A stretch of DNA of 64,000 nucleotides from Chthoniobacteraceae bacterium (GTDB lineage Bacteria; Verrucomicrobiota; Verrucomicrobiia; Chthoniobacterales; Chthoniobacteraceae). Of the stretch, positions 57,701 to 64,000 are shown piece by piece. The stretch is from positions 32,001-96,000 of the forward strand of contig JANNWY010000193.1 in NCBI GenBank assembly GCA_031409335.1, in the 5' to 3' direction. The position numbers were made by a program, and so were the translations under genes. The notes beneath the pieces are model-generated. The model searched no databases. It was given only the letters and a program-made list of their open reading frames with translations, and was not told the origin of the DNA. Positions within the stretch are counted from its first letter, which is position 1. Each line of letters starts with the position of its first letter.

Positions 57701-60668
57701 GAGATTCACCGGCGGGCCGGGTGGCACTTCAGCGCAGACCGTCGCGGAATTCCACATCGCGGGCGGCGACGTAACGGTGAACGGCACCGCCGGACTCACG
57801 ACGCTCAACCTGCCCGCCACATTCACACGCTTGGCAGGCGGCAGCGTGAACTTCGCGACCAGCGGAGCGACGGCGATCAATACGTCAGTCGCCAATGTGA
57901 ACGCCATCCTCGGCACGGCCACGGCCGCGTATGCCACCGTCAACGGCACGAATTGGGCGACGGGAAGCGGCACCGTCGTCCCCTTCGCGGCCTACATCGC
58001 CGACGCCTACGCCTCCGGCAATCACACCGATGTGGTGACAGCGCTGGGCGCAGCCGTTCCCGCTGCCAGCAGCACGAGCACCATTCGCTTGAATAATCCC
58101 GGCTTTCCCGCGCTGACGCTTGGCGGGTCGCTGGTTGTCGAGCAGGGCGGCATCCTCATCACCCCGGCGATGGCCGCAGGAAGCGCGATCACGGGCGGCA
58201 CGCTCATCGGCGCAGCCTCTGCGGGCAGCGAAATCGTCGTCCATCAGCACACCACGGGTGGACTCGCGAGCCCAACGCAGATCAGCTCCGTCATCGCGAA
58301 CAACGGCGCATTTGCCACCGGCCTCACCAAAGCCGGCCCCGGCATCCTCGCCCTCACCGGAGCGAACACCTACAGCGGCGAAACGCATGTGAACCAGGGC
58401 ATCCTCGCCGTCGGCGCGGTTGGCACTACTGGCACGCTCGGCACCGGCGCGGTCTTCAACGATGCCATCCTCGCCTTCGCCCGCACCAATACCATCCTCG
58501 TGGACAACGTGATCAGCGGAAACGGCCAGGTCGTCCAGTTCGGCGGCGGCACCGTCCAGCTCAATGCCGCGAACTCCTACAGCGGCGGTCTGCTGGTCTC
58601 CGCGGGCATCGTCCGCTCCGACCGGGGCTTCGCGCCCGCGAACCCAACCACCGGCGTCTTTGGCCTCGGCGGCGGCTCGACGCTGGCGCTGGCGAATGTC
58701 GATACCGCAAGCGGCGCGGGCTCGGGCAACATCGTCCTCGGCGACTCCAACACCGGCGTAGCCAACGTCGCGTTCCTCTCGGATGGCGGCGCGGATTTCG
58801 CAAACCCGATCACCGTCACCAACAACGGCACCGGCACCGCGTCGATCGGCTCGAACTCCGGCCCGGTGGCGAGTGCAAATCCCGCAATGTTTGCCGGCAC
58901 GGTCACGCTCAACCGCGCGACCACGTTCCAGTCGAACAACCCGGATCGCACCAGCTACATCGGAGTCATCAGCGGCAATCCCGGCACGGTCACCATCAGC
59001 GGCGCCACCGCCGGCACGAATACCGGCAACCTGAATCGCACGACTTGGGAGAACACGAACACCTTCACCGGCACCGTCGTCGTCGCCGTGAACTCCACGC
59101 TGCAAGTCGGCACCGGAGCCTTCGCCGCGCCGCTCGATCAAATCCCGGACACCGTGGGCGTCACGCTCAATGCCACTTCGTTCTTCACCCTCAACGGCGA
59201 CAGCGAGACCATCAGCACGCTCAACAGCACCGCGACCAACTCAAGGGTCCAGTCCGCGGCGGGCGGTGGACAGTCGCTCCGCGTGCTCAATGGCGGCACC
59301 TACAACGGAACCTTTGATGGCGGACTGAACGGAGGCATGACCATCGAAGTCGCCGGCAGCACAATGACCTTCGGCGGCACCGCCGACAATGCCACCGGGC
59401 GCATCCTCGTTACCGCCGGCACTGCGGTGCTTGGTAAAGTAAGCGCGATCGGCGTTCACGCGAACGCCGTGGACCTCACCCTCAACACCGGCGGCACCGC
59501 GCTCATTGGCGGCACATACACCGGCGCTTTGCCGAACTACGGCACCGGCGTGGTCCTCCCCGCCAATTTCCGCGACCAAATCTTCGACGGCGCGAACGGC
59601 GCGAGTTCGTCGGTCGTGATGAACGGAGGCACGCTGGATCTGGGTGGTTTCAGTGAAGGCCTCGGTCGTCTCGATGGCTTCAGCGGCACCGTGACCAATA
59701 GCGTGGCGGCCACGACGAGCACGCTCTTCGTCGGCACCGCCAATATCAGCAATCTCTTCACCGCCGGCTTCTACGGAAATGTGCAAAACGGCTTGGGCAC
59801 CGTCGCCCTGGGCAAGGTCGGCAACGGCATCGCCATTTTTGCCGGTGACCTCCTCCACACCGGTGGCACGAGCATTTTCGCTGGCGCCCTCCAGGTCGGC
59901 AACGGCGGCACCACTGGCACGATCAGCGGCAATGTCGCGCTCGTGAACGCCAGCACCGCCAGCCTCATCTTTAATCGCGACGGCACCGCGCTCATCCCCG
60001 CGAACATCAGCGGCGGCGGCCCGGTGATTTCCAACGGGACGGGTCTCGTCAAACTGAGCGGCAGCAACACCTACACCGGCACCACCACGATCAACGACGG
60101 CATCCTGCAAGTCGGCGACGGCGGCACCACTGGCACGCTCGGCACGGGCAACGTCACCGTCCATGGCACGCTCGCCTTCGACCGCAGCGATGCGCTCACC
60201 GTCGCGAATGCCATCACCGGCCCCGGCACCGTGAATCAGGAAGGCACCGGAATCACCACCCTGAACGGGCCGCTGAATTTCCTCGTGGCTAACGTCAACG
60301 ACGGCTGCCTGGTCCTCGACAGCACCCTTGCCAACGCCACGATCAACGACAACAACGGCGTCCTCATCCTCAACGCCAACGCCACCAACTCCACCGTCAA
60401 CGTCGCCGACACCGCCTACTTCTCCGTCAGCCAGACTCTCGCCGCCCTGAACATCACTGGCGGCGGCATCGCCACGCTCGGCGCCGGAGCGCATCCCTCC
60501 CCGGCGTTTGTCCCAGAGGAGGGCGGCTTGCTGATCGTGGAGCAGGGCTTCGCGGGCGCACCCGCCGACGGCGGCGTGCAGGCCGTGCCGGAACCCGGCG
60601 CGATCAGTCTGCTAATGCTTGGCGTGCTCGGCCTGCTCGGCCGTCGCCGCCCGCAACGGCAATCCTGA
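51768..60668 (+). CDS. giant autotransporter-associated beta-strand-repeat surface protein with PEP-CTERM sorting signal
   Basis: ~2966 aa, G/T/N/A-rich; repeated K.G.G.L.L.G.NTYSG.T.(I/V)N.G.L units; C-terminal VPEPGAISLLMLGVLGLLGRRR. Confidence 0.92.
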   Translation: MKPTHNIRKILTTSIAAALATFSVPHEADAATSTWGVNNAGNWSTTTNWAGGIVADGATFTANFTFDINADRIVTLDTARTIGNLLFTDASNNYTIAGANVLTLSTGGNSSISMTNAGRTALVNVPLSGTNGIILPTTSLGIVSLGSNASDFTGPLTISNGATLQLGAGAATLGAAGDASASTTSLGAGLAGNETIVQAGGALNINAQNTGNLEIIRIAGFGNATIAGAALVNNGGGQLNALSTVVLTADAAIGGSGRFDLRNNAPLLDLAGFRLSKIGANQISVVGGTITDGNIDVSVGTFSVETTALVQGTRTITVNSGATLGLWTNTAGQFTRQLVLAGGSINELGSGSATSTVNSNIVLANTTNVVVNAAATVLTLTGNITQVGGNLGLNKTAAGTLVLEGVQSWSGPLTIANSGGQVRLGAAAALQTRNISIGDAGSFDALAAGGHALGAGGSLVVGSSAAANDVIGNFSAGTGSTITVGANFASRIATFANDLSIDNTTLNMDLDASGGDTINVGGAFSATGVNAINLRPANNSGFFSPQYTLVTATGSLTATPANFAIANAGNFRQTFTIDTTSVVGSVLLNVAGSAAALTWTGGGAGNAWDINTTSNWSSPGPDKFYDTDAVTFNDLGSNSPAVNIKSTVTPGIVTVNNSTQDYVFSGKGRITGPAELAKQGTARLTMTNDNHDFSGAVNVSDGGTISGGLLSNNGVAGSFGTGTINLDQGSTLEYSGGTFTSNRTIILNDSLATGANNSVRVAEPLAVLNLSTSISGASGLIKKGPGILTLGAANVVQSFFGNITIEEGVLRPATNATLGGKTIFVNPGATFDPNGQNGASTGGRPTLNIAGTGMPGAAAIWNGGAAQTNTPLYGTVNLTANATIGSPVRYDLNGPVATGGMNFNAGTFDLTLVGTGEKWWAPNGGAVLNSVVVRHGRFGVQLSDNMASDPSITNSVIRVLPVGELATFGDAITNTKAVLLSGGTLASTGGGAANGQFWRGGVTLSEHSFFDNRGTTAANQITIDNLDVSVAPLVLGGKTLEKLGSSGLLILANNFNSATGTGAGSLRIYNGNVTLQSGFIMDGAGQVRIQNFGQLNLNNNGTAPVLTKEVRLDGGTLNNAVGNNSAGTIVVGAHGRVFNSAAGTTLSLGSIAAPTASGVQFGTTGTITVPTITVNGSPIVVGAGNRLGVNWTAGATPATTGFATWNGSAVGVLATTATNPTAPTVADDSFYDAVAGTTLAGSATTNTLITSRDLIIPSGALLTVASGGIVMRGNDHSINTPSLGTGRLTTGAADGRLVINAPEAIDARGALHIRAQMVDTPVGAGFRLMTVQKNGPGGATQWGTDNGGNMLNNLYSGGTIINSGRVVPNGTLALGTGSVTINDGGQLGTFNLTGAASQASFIHNNITLTGRGAGENAGYLGAIRVGANSNLSGKITISDVTRIHNQNGQGAIAGIIQGTGTLQHTGNNNTWLTNPASTFSGINEFGFRDQTGQIQILVSKLANGGLPSSIGMSSSAASNIVFNINPILRYVGNGDSTDRLFTLAGGFNINANVNTTPGAIIDGSGYGAINFTSTGNIEFGPGSFRQLTLRASTLSTGATVVGGVLPLNVFSPNLGDPADHGFGQLLKDGIGRWAITANHTYSGTTAVNDGILILGNGGTTGMFGNGAGGLGPNTVTMANNAAVHLNRTDSYTIPNTINSSNANGNTEIVQLTGSTVSLAGPNDNSSTRVRVESGVIELAKKSTTAVHATALLATIGSGGTLRLGGSGDDQIFDGATNGIWTTVQMNGGVFDMNGRDEAVYRVEGSGTISNSAAGTASTLTLGGNLALLGGVGNGSSRNGGGVGATIADGAGTVALAKTGTGTIAIIGGSNTYSGTTTISNGILSIGNGGTTGALSSSPVSIASLGALAVNRSNAFTVTNALSGGGGLIQQGTGTTTVNAPLGYTGPTTVNAGLLDVNLTASNNVLPAAGRLVLNGGSARFTGGPGGTSAQTVAEFHIAGGDVTVNGTAGLTTLNLPATFTRLAGGSVNFATSGATAINTSVANVNAILGTATAAYATVNGTNWATGSGTVVPFAAYIADAYASGNHTDVVTALGAAVPAASSTSTIRLNNPGFPALTLGGSLVVEQGGILITPAMAAGSAITGGTLIGAASAGSEIVVHQHTTGGLASPTQISSVIANNGAFATGLTKAGPGILALTGANTYSGETHVNQGILAVGAVGTTGTLGTGAVFNDAILAFARTNTILVDNVISGNGQVVQFGGGTVQLNAANSYSGGLLVSAGIVRSDRGFAPANPTTGVFGLGGGSTLALANVDTASGAGSGNIVLGDSNTGVANVAFLSDGGADFANPITVTNNGTGTASIGSNSGPVASANPAMFAGTVTLNRATTFQSNNPDRTSYIGVISGNPGTVTISGATAGTNTGNLNRTTWENTNTFTGTVVVAVNSTLQVGTGAFAAPLDQIPDTVGVTLNATSFFTLNGDSETISTLNSTATNSRVQSAAGGGQSLRVLNGGTYNGTFDGGLNGGMTIEVAGSTMTFGGTADNATGRILVTAGTAVLGKVSAIGVHANAVDLTLNTGGTALIGGTYTGALPNYGTGVVLPANFRDQIFDGANGASSSVVMNGGTLDLGGFSEGLGRLDGFSGTVTNSVAATTSTLFVGTANISNLFTAGFYGNVQNGLGTVALGKVGNGIAIFAGDLLHTGGTSIFAGALQVGNGGTTGTISGNVALVNASTASLIFNRDGTALIPANISGGGPVISNGTGLVKLSGSNTYTGTTTINDGILQVGDGGTTGTLGTGNVTVHGTLAFDRSDALTVANAITGPGTVNQEGTGITTLNGPLNFLVANVNDGCLVLDSTLANATINDNNGVLILNANATNSTVNVADTAYFSVSQTLAALNITGGGIATLGAGAHPSPAFVPEEGGLLIVEQGFAGAPADGGVQAVPEPGAISLLMLGVLGLLGRRRPQRQS

Positions 60669-60708
60669 TCGAAGCAACGGTCTTTCAACCCCCGAAAAGG
60701 AAAGCCGA

Positions 60709-60819
60709 AGGCTCTGGGACTGCGGTGATTCCTTCACCGCTCTGGAGAAAACGCGCGGCTTTACATTGCAGCGCGACACCTCGCCAAAGCGGTGAAGGAA
60801 TCACCGCAGTCCAGAGCCT
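60709..60819. repeat. REP-like double-hairpin palindrome (copy B)
   Basis: AGGCTCTGGGACTGCGGTGATTCCTTCACCGCT ... AGCGGTGAAGGAATCACCGCAGTCCAGAGCCT. Confidence 0.85.
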
Positions 60820-60982
60820 GCGGCGTCCCTGCCGCGGGCCGTTGGAGATAGCGAGCACGCGCTCGTGCTCCCGAGCTGGGAAATCGGATGAATGAACTTT
60901 TCTCAAGCGGCATGTGGCATGACTTCAGGTCGGCGTGATTTTTTGATTGCGAGTCGCGCTGCTCCCGCCCCGAATAGTCGGC

Positions 60983-61909
60983 ATGTTTGATCCGAGTTTG
61001 GGAAAGATCGCGGTGATCGGCTCCGGTGCAGTCGGCTGCTACTACGGCGGCCTGCTCGCGCGCGCGGGGCGCGATGTGCATTTCCTGATGCGCGCGGATT
61101 TGGCAGCGGTGAAGGCGAACGGACTCACGATCGAGACGCGCGGGGAGACGGTGAAGATCCCCAACGTAAACGCTTTTGCGACGACGCCGGAAATCGGGCC
61201 GTGCGCCTTGGTGATCGTCGCGCTAAAGGCGACAGCGAATGCGGCGCTTGAAGATTTGCTGCCGCCACTGCTCGGGCCGGAAACGGTGGTGCTCACTTTG
61301 CAAAATGGTTTGGGCAACGAGGAGTTCATTTCCGAACGCTGGGGCGCGGAACGCACGATGGGCGCGCTTTGTTTTGTCTGCCTGAATCGCACCGCGCCCG
61401 GCGTGATCGAGCACTACGATCATGGCACGTTTTCGGTCGGGGAATACCGGCACCCGGCGACTGCGCGGACGGAGGCCATTGCGTCTGCGTTTCGCGAGGC
61501 GGGGATCGAGGCCACGGCGGTGGAAAATCTCGTGACCGAACGCTGGCGGAAGCTGCTTTGGAACATCCCGTTCAACGGCCTCGCGATCACGGCTGGCGGT
61601 GCGACGGTCGCGGATGTGCTCGCGGATGATGATCTGCGCTTGCTTGCGCGGCGGCTGATGGATGAAGCGCTCGACGCGGCGCGGCGACTGGGCCACGAAA
61701 TCCCCGACGAATTTGCCGACTGGCAAATCGAGCGCAGCTACAGCATGGGCGCTTACAAACCTTCGAGCATGCTGGATTGGCAGGCGCGGCGTCCGGTGGA
61801 AGTCGAGGCGATCTGGGGCGAACCGTGGCGGCAGGGAATCGCGGCTGGCGCGAGCATGGCGCGCCTGGAGACGCTTTACCGATTGCTGAAAAACTTGACG
61901 AAATTATGA
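60983..61909 (+). CDS. panE: 2-dehydropantoate 2-reductase
   Basis: VIGSGAVG, LKA, LQNGLGNE, WRKLLWN, PSSMLD, EVEAI. Confidence 0.88.
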   Translation: MFDPSLGKIAVIGSGAVGCYYGGLLARAGRDVHFLMRADLAAVKANGLTIETRGETVKIPNVNAFATTPEIGPCALVIVALKATANAALEDLLPPLLGPETVVLTLQNGLGNEEFISERWGAERTMGALCFVCLNRTAPGVIEHYDHGTFSVGEYRHPATARTEAIASAFREAGIEATAVENLVTERWRKLLWNIPFNGLAITAGGATVADVLADDDLRLLARRLMDEALDAARRLGHEIPDEFADWQIERSYSMGAYKPSSMLDWQARRPVEVEAIWGEPWRQGIAAGASMARLETLYRLLKNLTKL

Positions 61910-62703
61910 GCGACGAATTTGCAGAAATTCCAGCGGTGTTGCGGAACTTTCAACCCGAATGCGGCATCGTCCTCGGCTCGGGGCTCGGGCCATTTGTGGA
62001 CGCGATCGAGACGGAGGCGAGCGTGCCTTTTCACGAAGTGCCGGGTCTGCCGGAGTCGCGTGTGCCGGGTCACGCCGGGCGCTTCGTGCTCGGGCGCGTG
62101 GGTGGAAAGCGCGTGCTGATTGCGCAGGGGCGCGTGCATTTGTATGAAGGCCGGACCGCGCGCGAGGTCACGGCGTTTGTGCGCTTCATCGCGGCGGTCG
62201 GTGCGCGACGGCTGATTTTAACGAATGCGGCGGGGACGCTGAATCGCGAGTTCACGCCGGGGACGTGGATGATGCTGAACGATCATCTGAATCTCACGGG
62301 CACGACGCCGCTGCTTGGCGGGCCACACTTTGTCGATATGAGCGAGGTGTATTCGGCAAAGTGGCGCGCGCATTTTGCCGCCGTCGCGGCAGAGCAGGGG
62401 ATGCCGCTGCATGTGGGCGTGTATGCGAGTCTGCTCGGCCCGCAGTATGAGACGCCCGCGGAGATCCGCATGCTACGCGCGATCGGCGCGGATGCGGTGG
62501 GCATGTCCACCGTGCTGGAGGCTATTCAGGCGCGCGCGCTCGGGATGGAAGTCGCGGCATTTTCGTGCCTCACAAACTGGGCCGCCGGGATGCAGGCGAC
62601 GCTGGATCACCAGGAAGTCCTCGCGATGGGCCAAAAAGCAGGTGCGACCCTGGCTCACCTTTTCATGCGCGCGCTTCCCGCGCTGGGTCTGGAGCATCGC
62701 TAA
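61906..62703 (+). CDS. purine-nucleoside phosphorylase (trimeric type)
   Basis: IVLGSGLG, VPGHAG, QGRVHLYEG, TNAAG, GPQYETPAE, DAVGMST. Confidence 0.93.
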   Translation: MSDEFAEIPAVLRNFQPECGIVLGSGLGPFVDAIETEASVPFHEVPGLPESRVPGHAGRFVLGRVGGKRVLIAQGRVHLYEGRTAREVTAFVRFIAAVGARRLILTNAAGTLNREFTPGTWMMLNDHLNLTGTTPLLGGPHFVDMSEVYSAKWRAHFAAVAAEQGMPLHVGVYASLLGPQYETPAEIRMLRAIGADAVGMSTVLEAIQARALGMEVAAFSCLTNWAAGMQATLDHQEVLAMGQKAGATLAHLFMRALPALGLEHR

Positions 62704-62803
62704 AATCGCTGGCAAACGGACGCTTCGACCCGCCGCATTGGCTGCGAGGCTTTGCTATTTGAAATTGCTTGAGTTGAGTGGTTGGCGGGCGAGGAGTTTG
62801 CGT

Positions 62804-64000
62804 ATGCTCGATCCCATGTTTCACGCACCCTCCGCCGATTCGTCGGCTGTCATTCAGTTTCCCACGACGAACGCCGTCACCACCACGCTGCCGAACGGGC
62901 TCGGGATCATCGTGCAGGAGGATCGCAGCGCGCCGGTGGCGAGCGTGCAGTTTTGGGTGCAGACGGGCGGCATTCACGAAGGCGCGCATCTCGGCGCGGG
63001 CATCTCGCATTTGCTGGAGCACATGCTTTTCAAAGGCACGACGACGCGCGGGGCGAGCGAGTTTGCGCGGAGCGTGCAGGATGCGGGCGGCTATTTGAAT
63101 GCCTATACGTCGTTCGATCGCACGGTTTACTGGATCGACATCCCGTCAAAAGGCGCGGCGACGGCGATCGAGTTGCTGGCGGATGCGGTGCTGAATTCGA
63201 CGCTGCCGCCGGACGAATACGCGAAGGAGCAGGAGGTCATCCGGCGCGAATTTGCGATGTGTTACGACGATCCCGATCGCGTGAGCGGTCACGCGCTTTT
63301 CGCCACGGCGTTCCGCGAGCATCCGTATCAGCATCCGGTGATCGGGCATCTCGATGTGTTCAACACGCTGCATCGGGACGAGGTGATGGCGTATTACAAA
63401 CGGCGCTACGTCCCGAACAACATGTTCGTCGTGGTGGTCGGCGATGTGGATGCGGAGAAGGTGCGCGCGCAACTTACGGAGTTGTTCGCGCCGCATCCGC
63501 GCGCCGCGCTGCCGTCGGTGTTCATTCCCGCCGAGCCGCAGCAACTCGGGCGGCGCGATTCGCACGCGGAATTCGAGACGGAACTCACGCGGCTGCATCT
63601 CGCCTGGCACGTCCCGCCGCTCACCCACCCCGACATCCCGGCGCTCGATGTGCTCTCGATCGTGCTCGGCGGCGGACGCAGCTCGCGCCTTTACAAAAAG
63701 CTGCGCGACGAATCGGCGCTGGTGCATTCCATCGACGCGTGGTGCTACGCGCAGGGGCAGGCCGGACTGTTTGGCGTGGATGCGATCTTCGATCCGGGCC
63801 GGCGCGTGGAGGTCGAGGCCGAGGTGATGCGGATGCTGCATGAAATCCGCGATTTCGGGGTGACGCACGGTGAACTCGACAAGGCGCGCAAACTTTCACT
63901 CAGCCACCAGCTCGGCGCGCTCACGACGATGCGCGGGCGCGCTTCCGATCTCGGGTCGAACTGGCTGCTCACGCGCAATCTCGACTTTTCCCGCGACTAC
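62804..64000 (+). CDS. M16 family zinc peptidase (runs off the window)
   Basis: Not in the ORF track because it is truncated. Manual translation gives TLPNGL..., GISHLLEHMLFKGT (HxxEH), GGYLNAYTSFDRT. Confidence 0.92.
   Translation, partial: MLDPMFHAPSADSSAVIQFPTTNAVTTTLPNGLGIIVQEDRSAPVASVQFWVQTGGIHEGAHLGAGISHLLEHMLFKGTTTRGASEFARSVQDAGGYLNAYTSFDRTVYWIDIPSKGAATAIELLADAVLNSTLPPDEYAKEQEVIRREFAMCYDDPDRVSGHALFATAFREHPYQHPVIGHLDVFNTLHRDEVMAYYKRRYVPNNMFVVVVGDVDAEKVRAQLTELFAPHPRAALPSVFIPAEPQQLGRRDSHAEFETELTRLHLAWHVPPLTHPDIPALDVLSIVLGGGRSSRLYKKLRDESALVHSIDAWCYAQGQAGLFGVDAIFDPGRRVEVEAEVMRMLHEIRDFGVTHGELDKARKLSLSHQLGALTTMRGRASDLGSNWLLTRNLDFSRDY

Noticed and set aside
54645..59141. Long minus-strand ORFs (787 and 418 aa)
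   Set aside because: Antisense shadows of the giant PEP-CTERM gene.
62782..63843. 353-aa plus-strand ORF from the track
   Set aside because: Wrong frame. The real gene is the M16 peptidase starting at 62804 and running off the window.
1..64000. CRISPR array or cas genes
   Set aside because: No regularly spaced repeat-spacer array and no Cas motifs seen; the repeats are palindromes or microsatellites.

Overview
GC-rich bacterial chromosomal segment. It looks like PVC superphylum, probably Verrucomicrobiota, judged from DUF1501, DUF1080, a PEP-CTERM giant protein and the REP-like hairpins; the taxonomy is inference. Most of the window is ordinary: phospholipid genes, a Cus-type efflux pump, a 2-oxoacid dehydrogenase E2, an ABC transporter, a PilB/GspE ATPase, panE, a purine nucleoside phosphorylase, an M16 peptidase and two tRNA-Val genes. 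The standout is an 8.4-kb element (20944-29387) integrated in the 3' half of tRNA-Val(GAC) and bounded by a perfect 50-bp direct repeat. It encodes a tyrosine integrase, a divergent repressor/excisionase switch, a phage-type replication initiator with internal iteron-like repeats, and a fused prohead-protease/HK97 major capsid protein. It also has a lambda-cosQ-like motif, a Nu1/Rpp-like small terminase, and an operon of an OB-less ATP-dependent ligase domain, a small protein and a MazF/PemK toxin. There is no portal, large terminase, tail or lysis gene, so it reads as a PICI-like, capsid-supplying phage satellite. Other notable items are a 1420-aa decaheme cytochrome fused to LVIVD-like repeats, a transglutaminase/DUF2126 cluster, a ~2970-aa PEP-CTERM surface protein, and several families of palindromic intergenic repeats, two of which invade coding sequence. 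All calls come from reading motifs by eye; no database searches were run.
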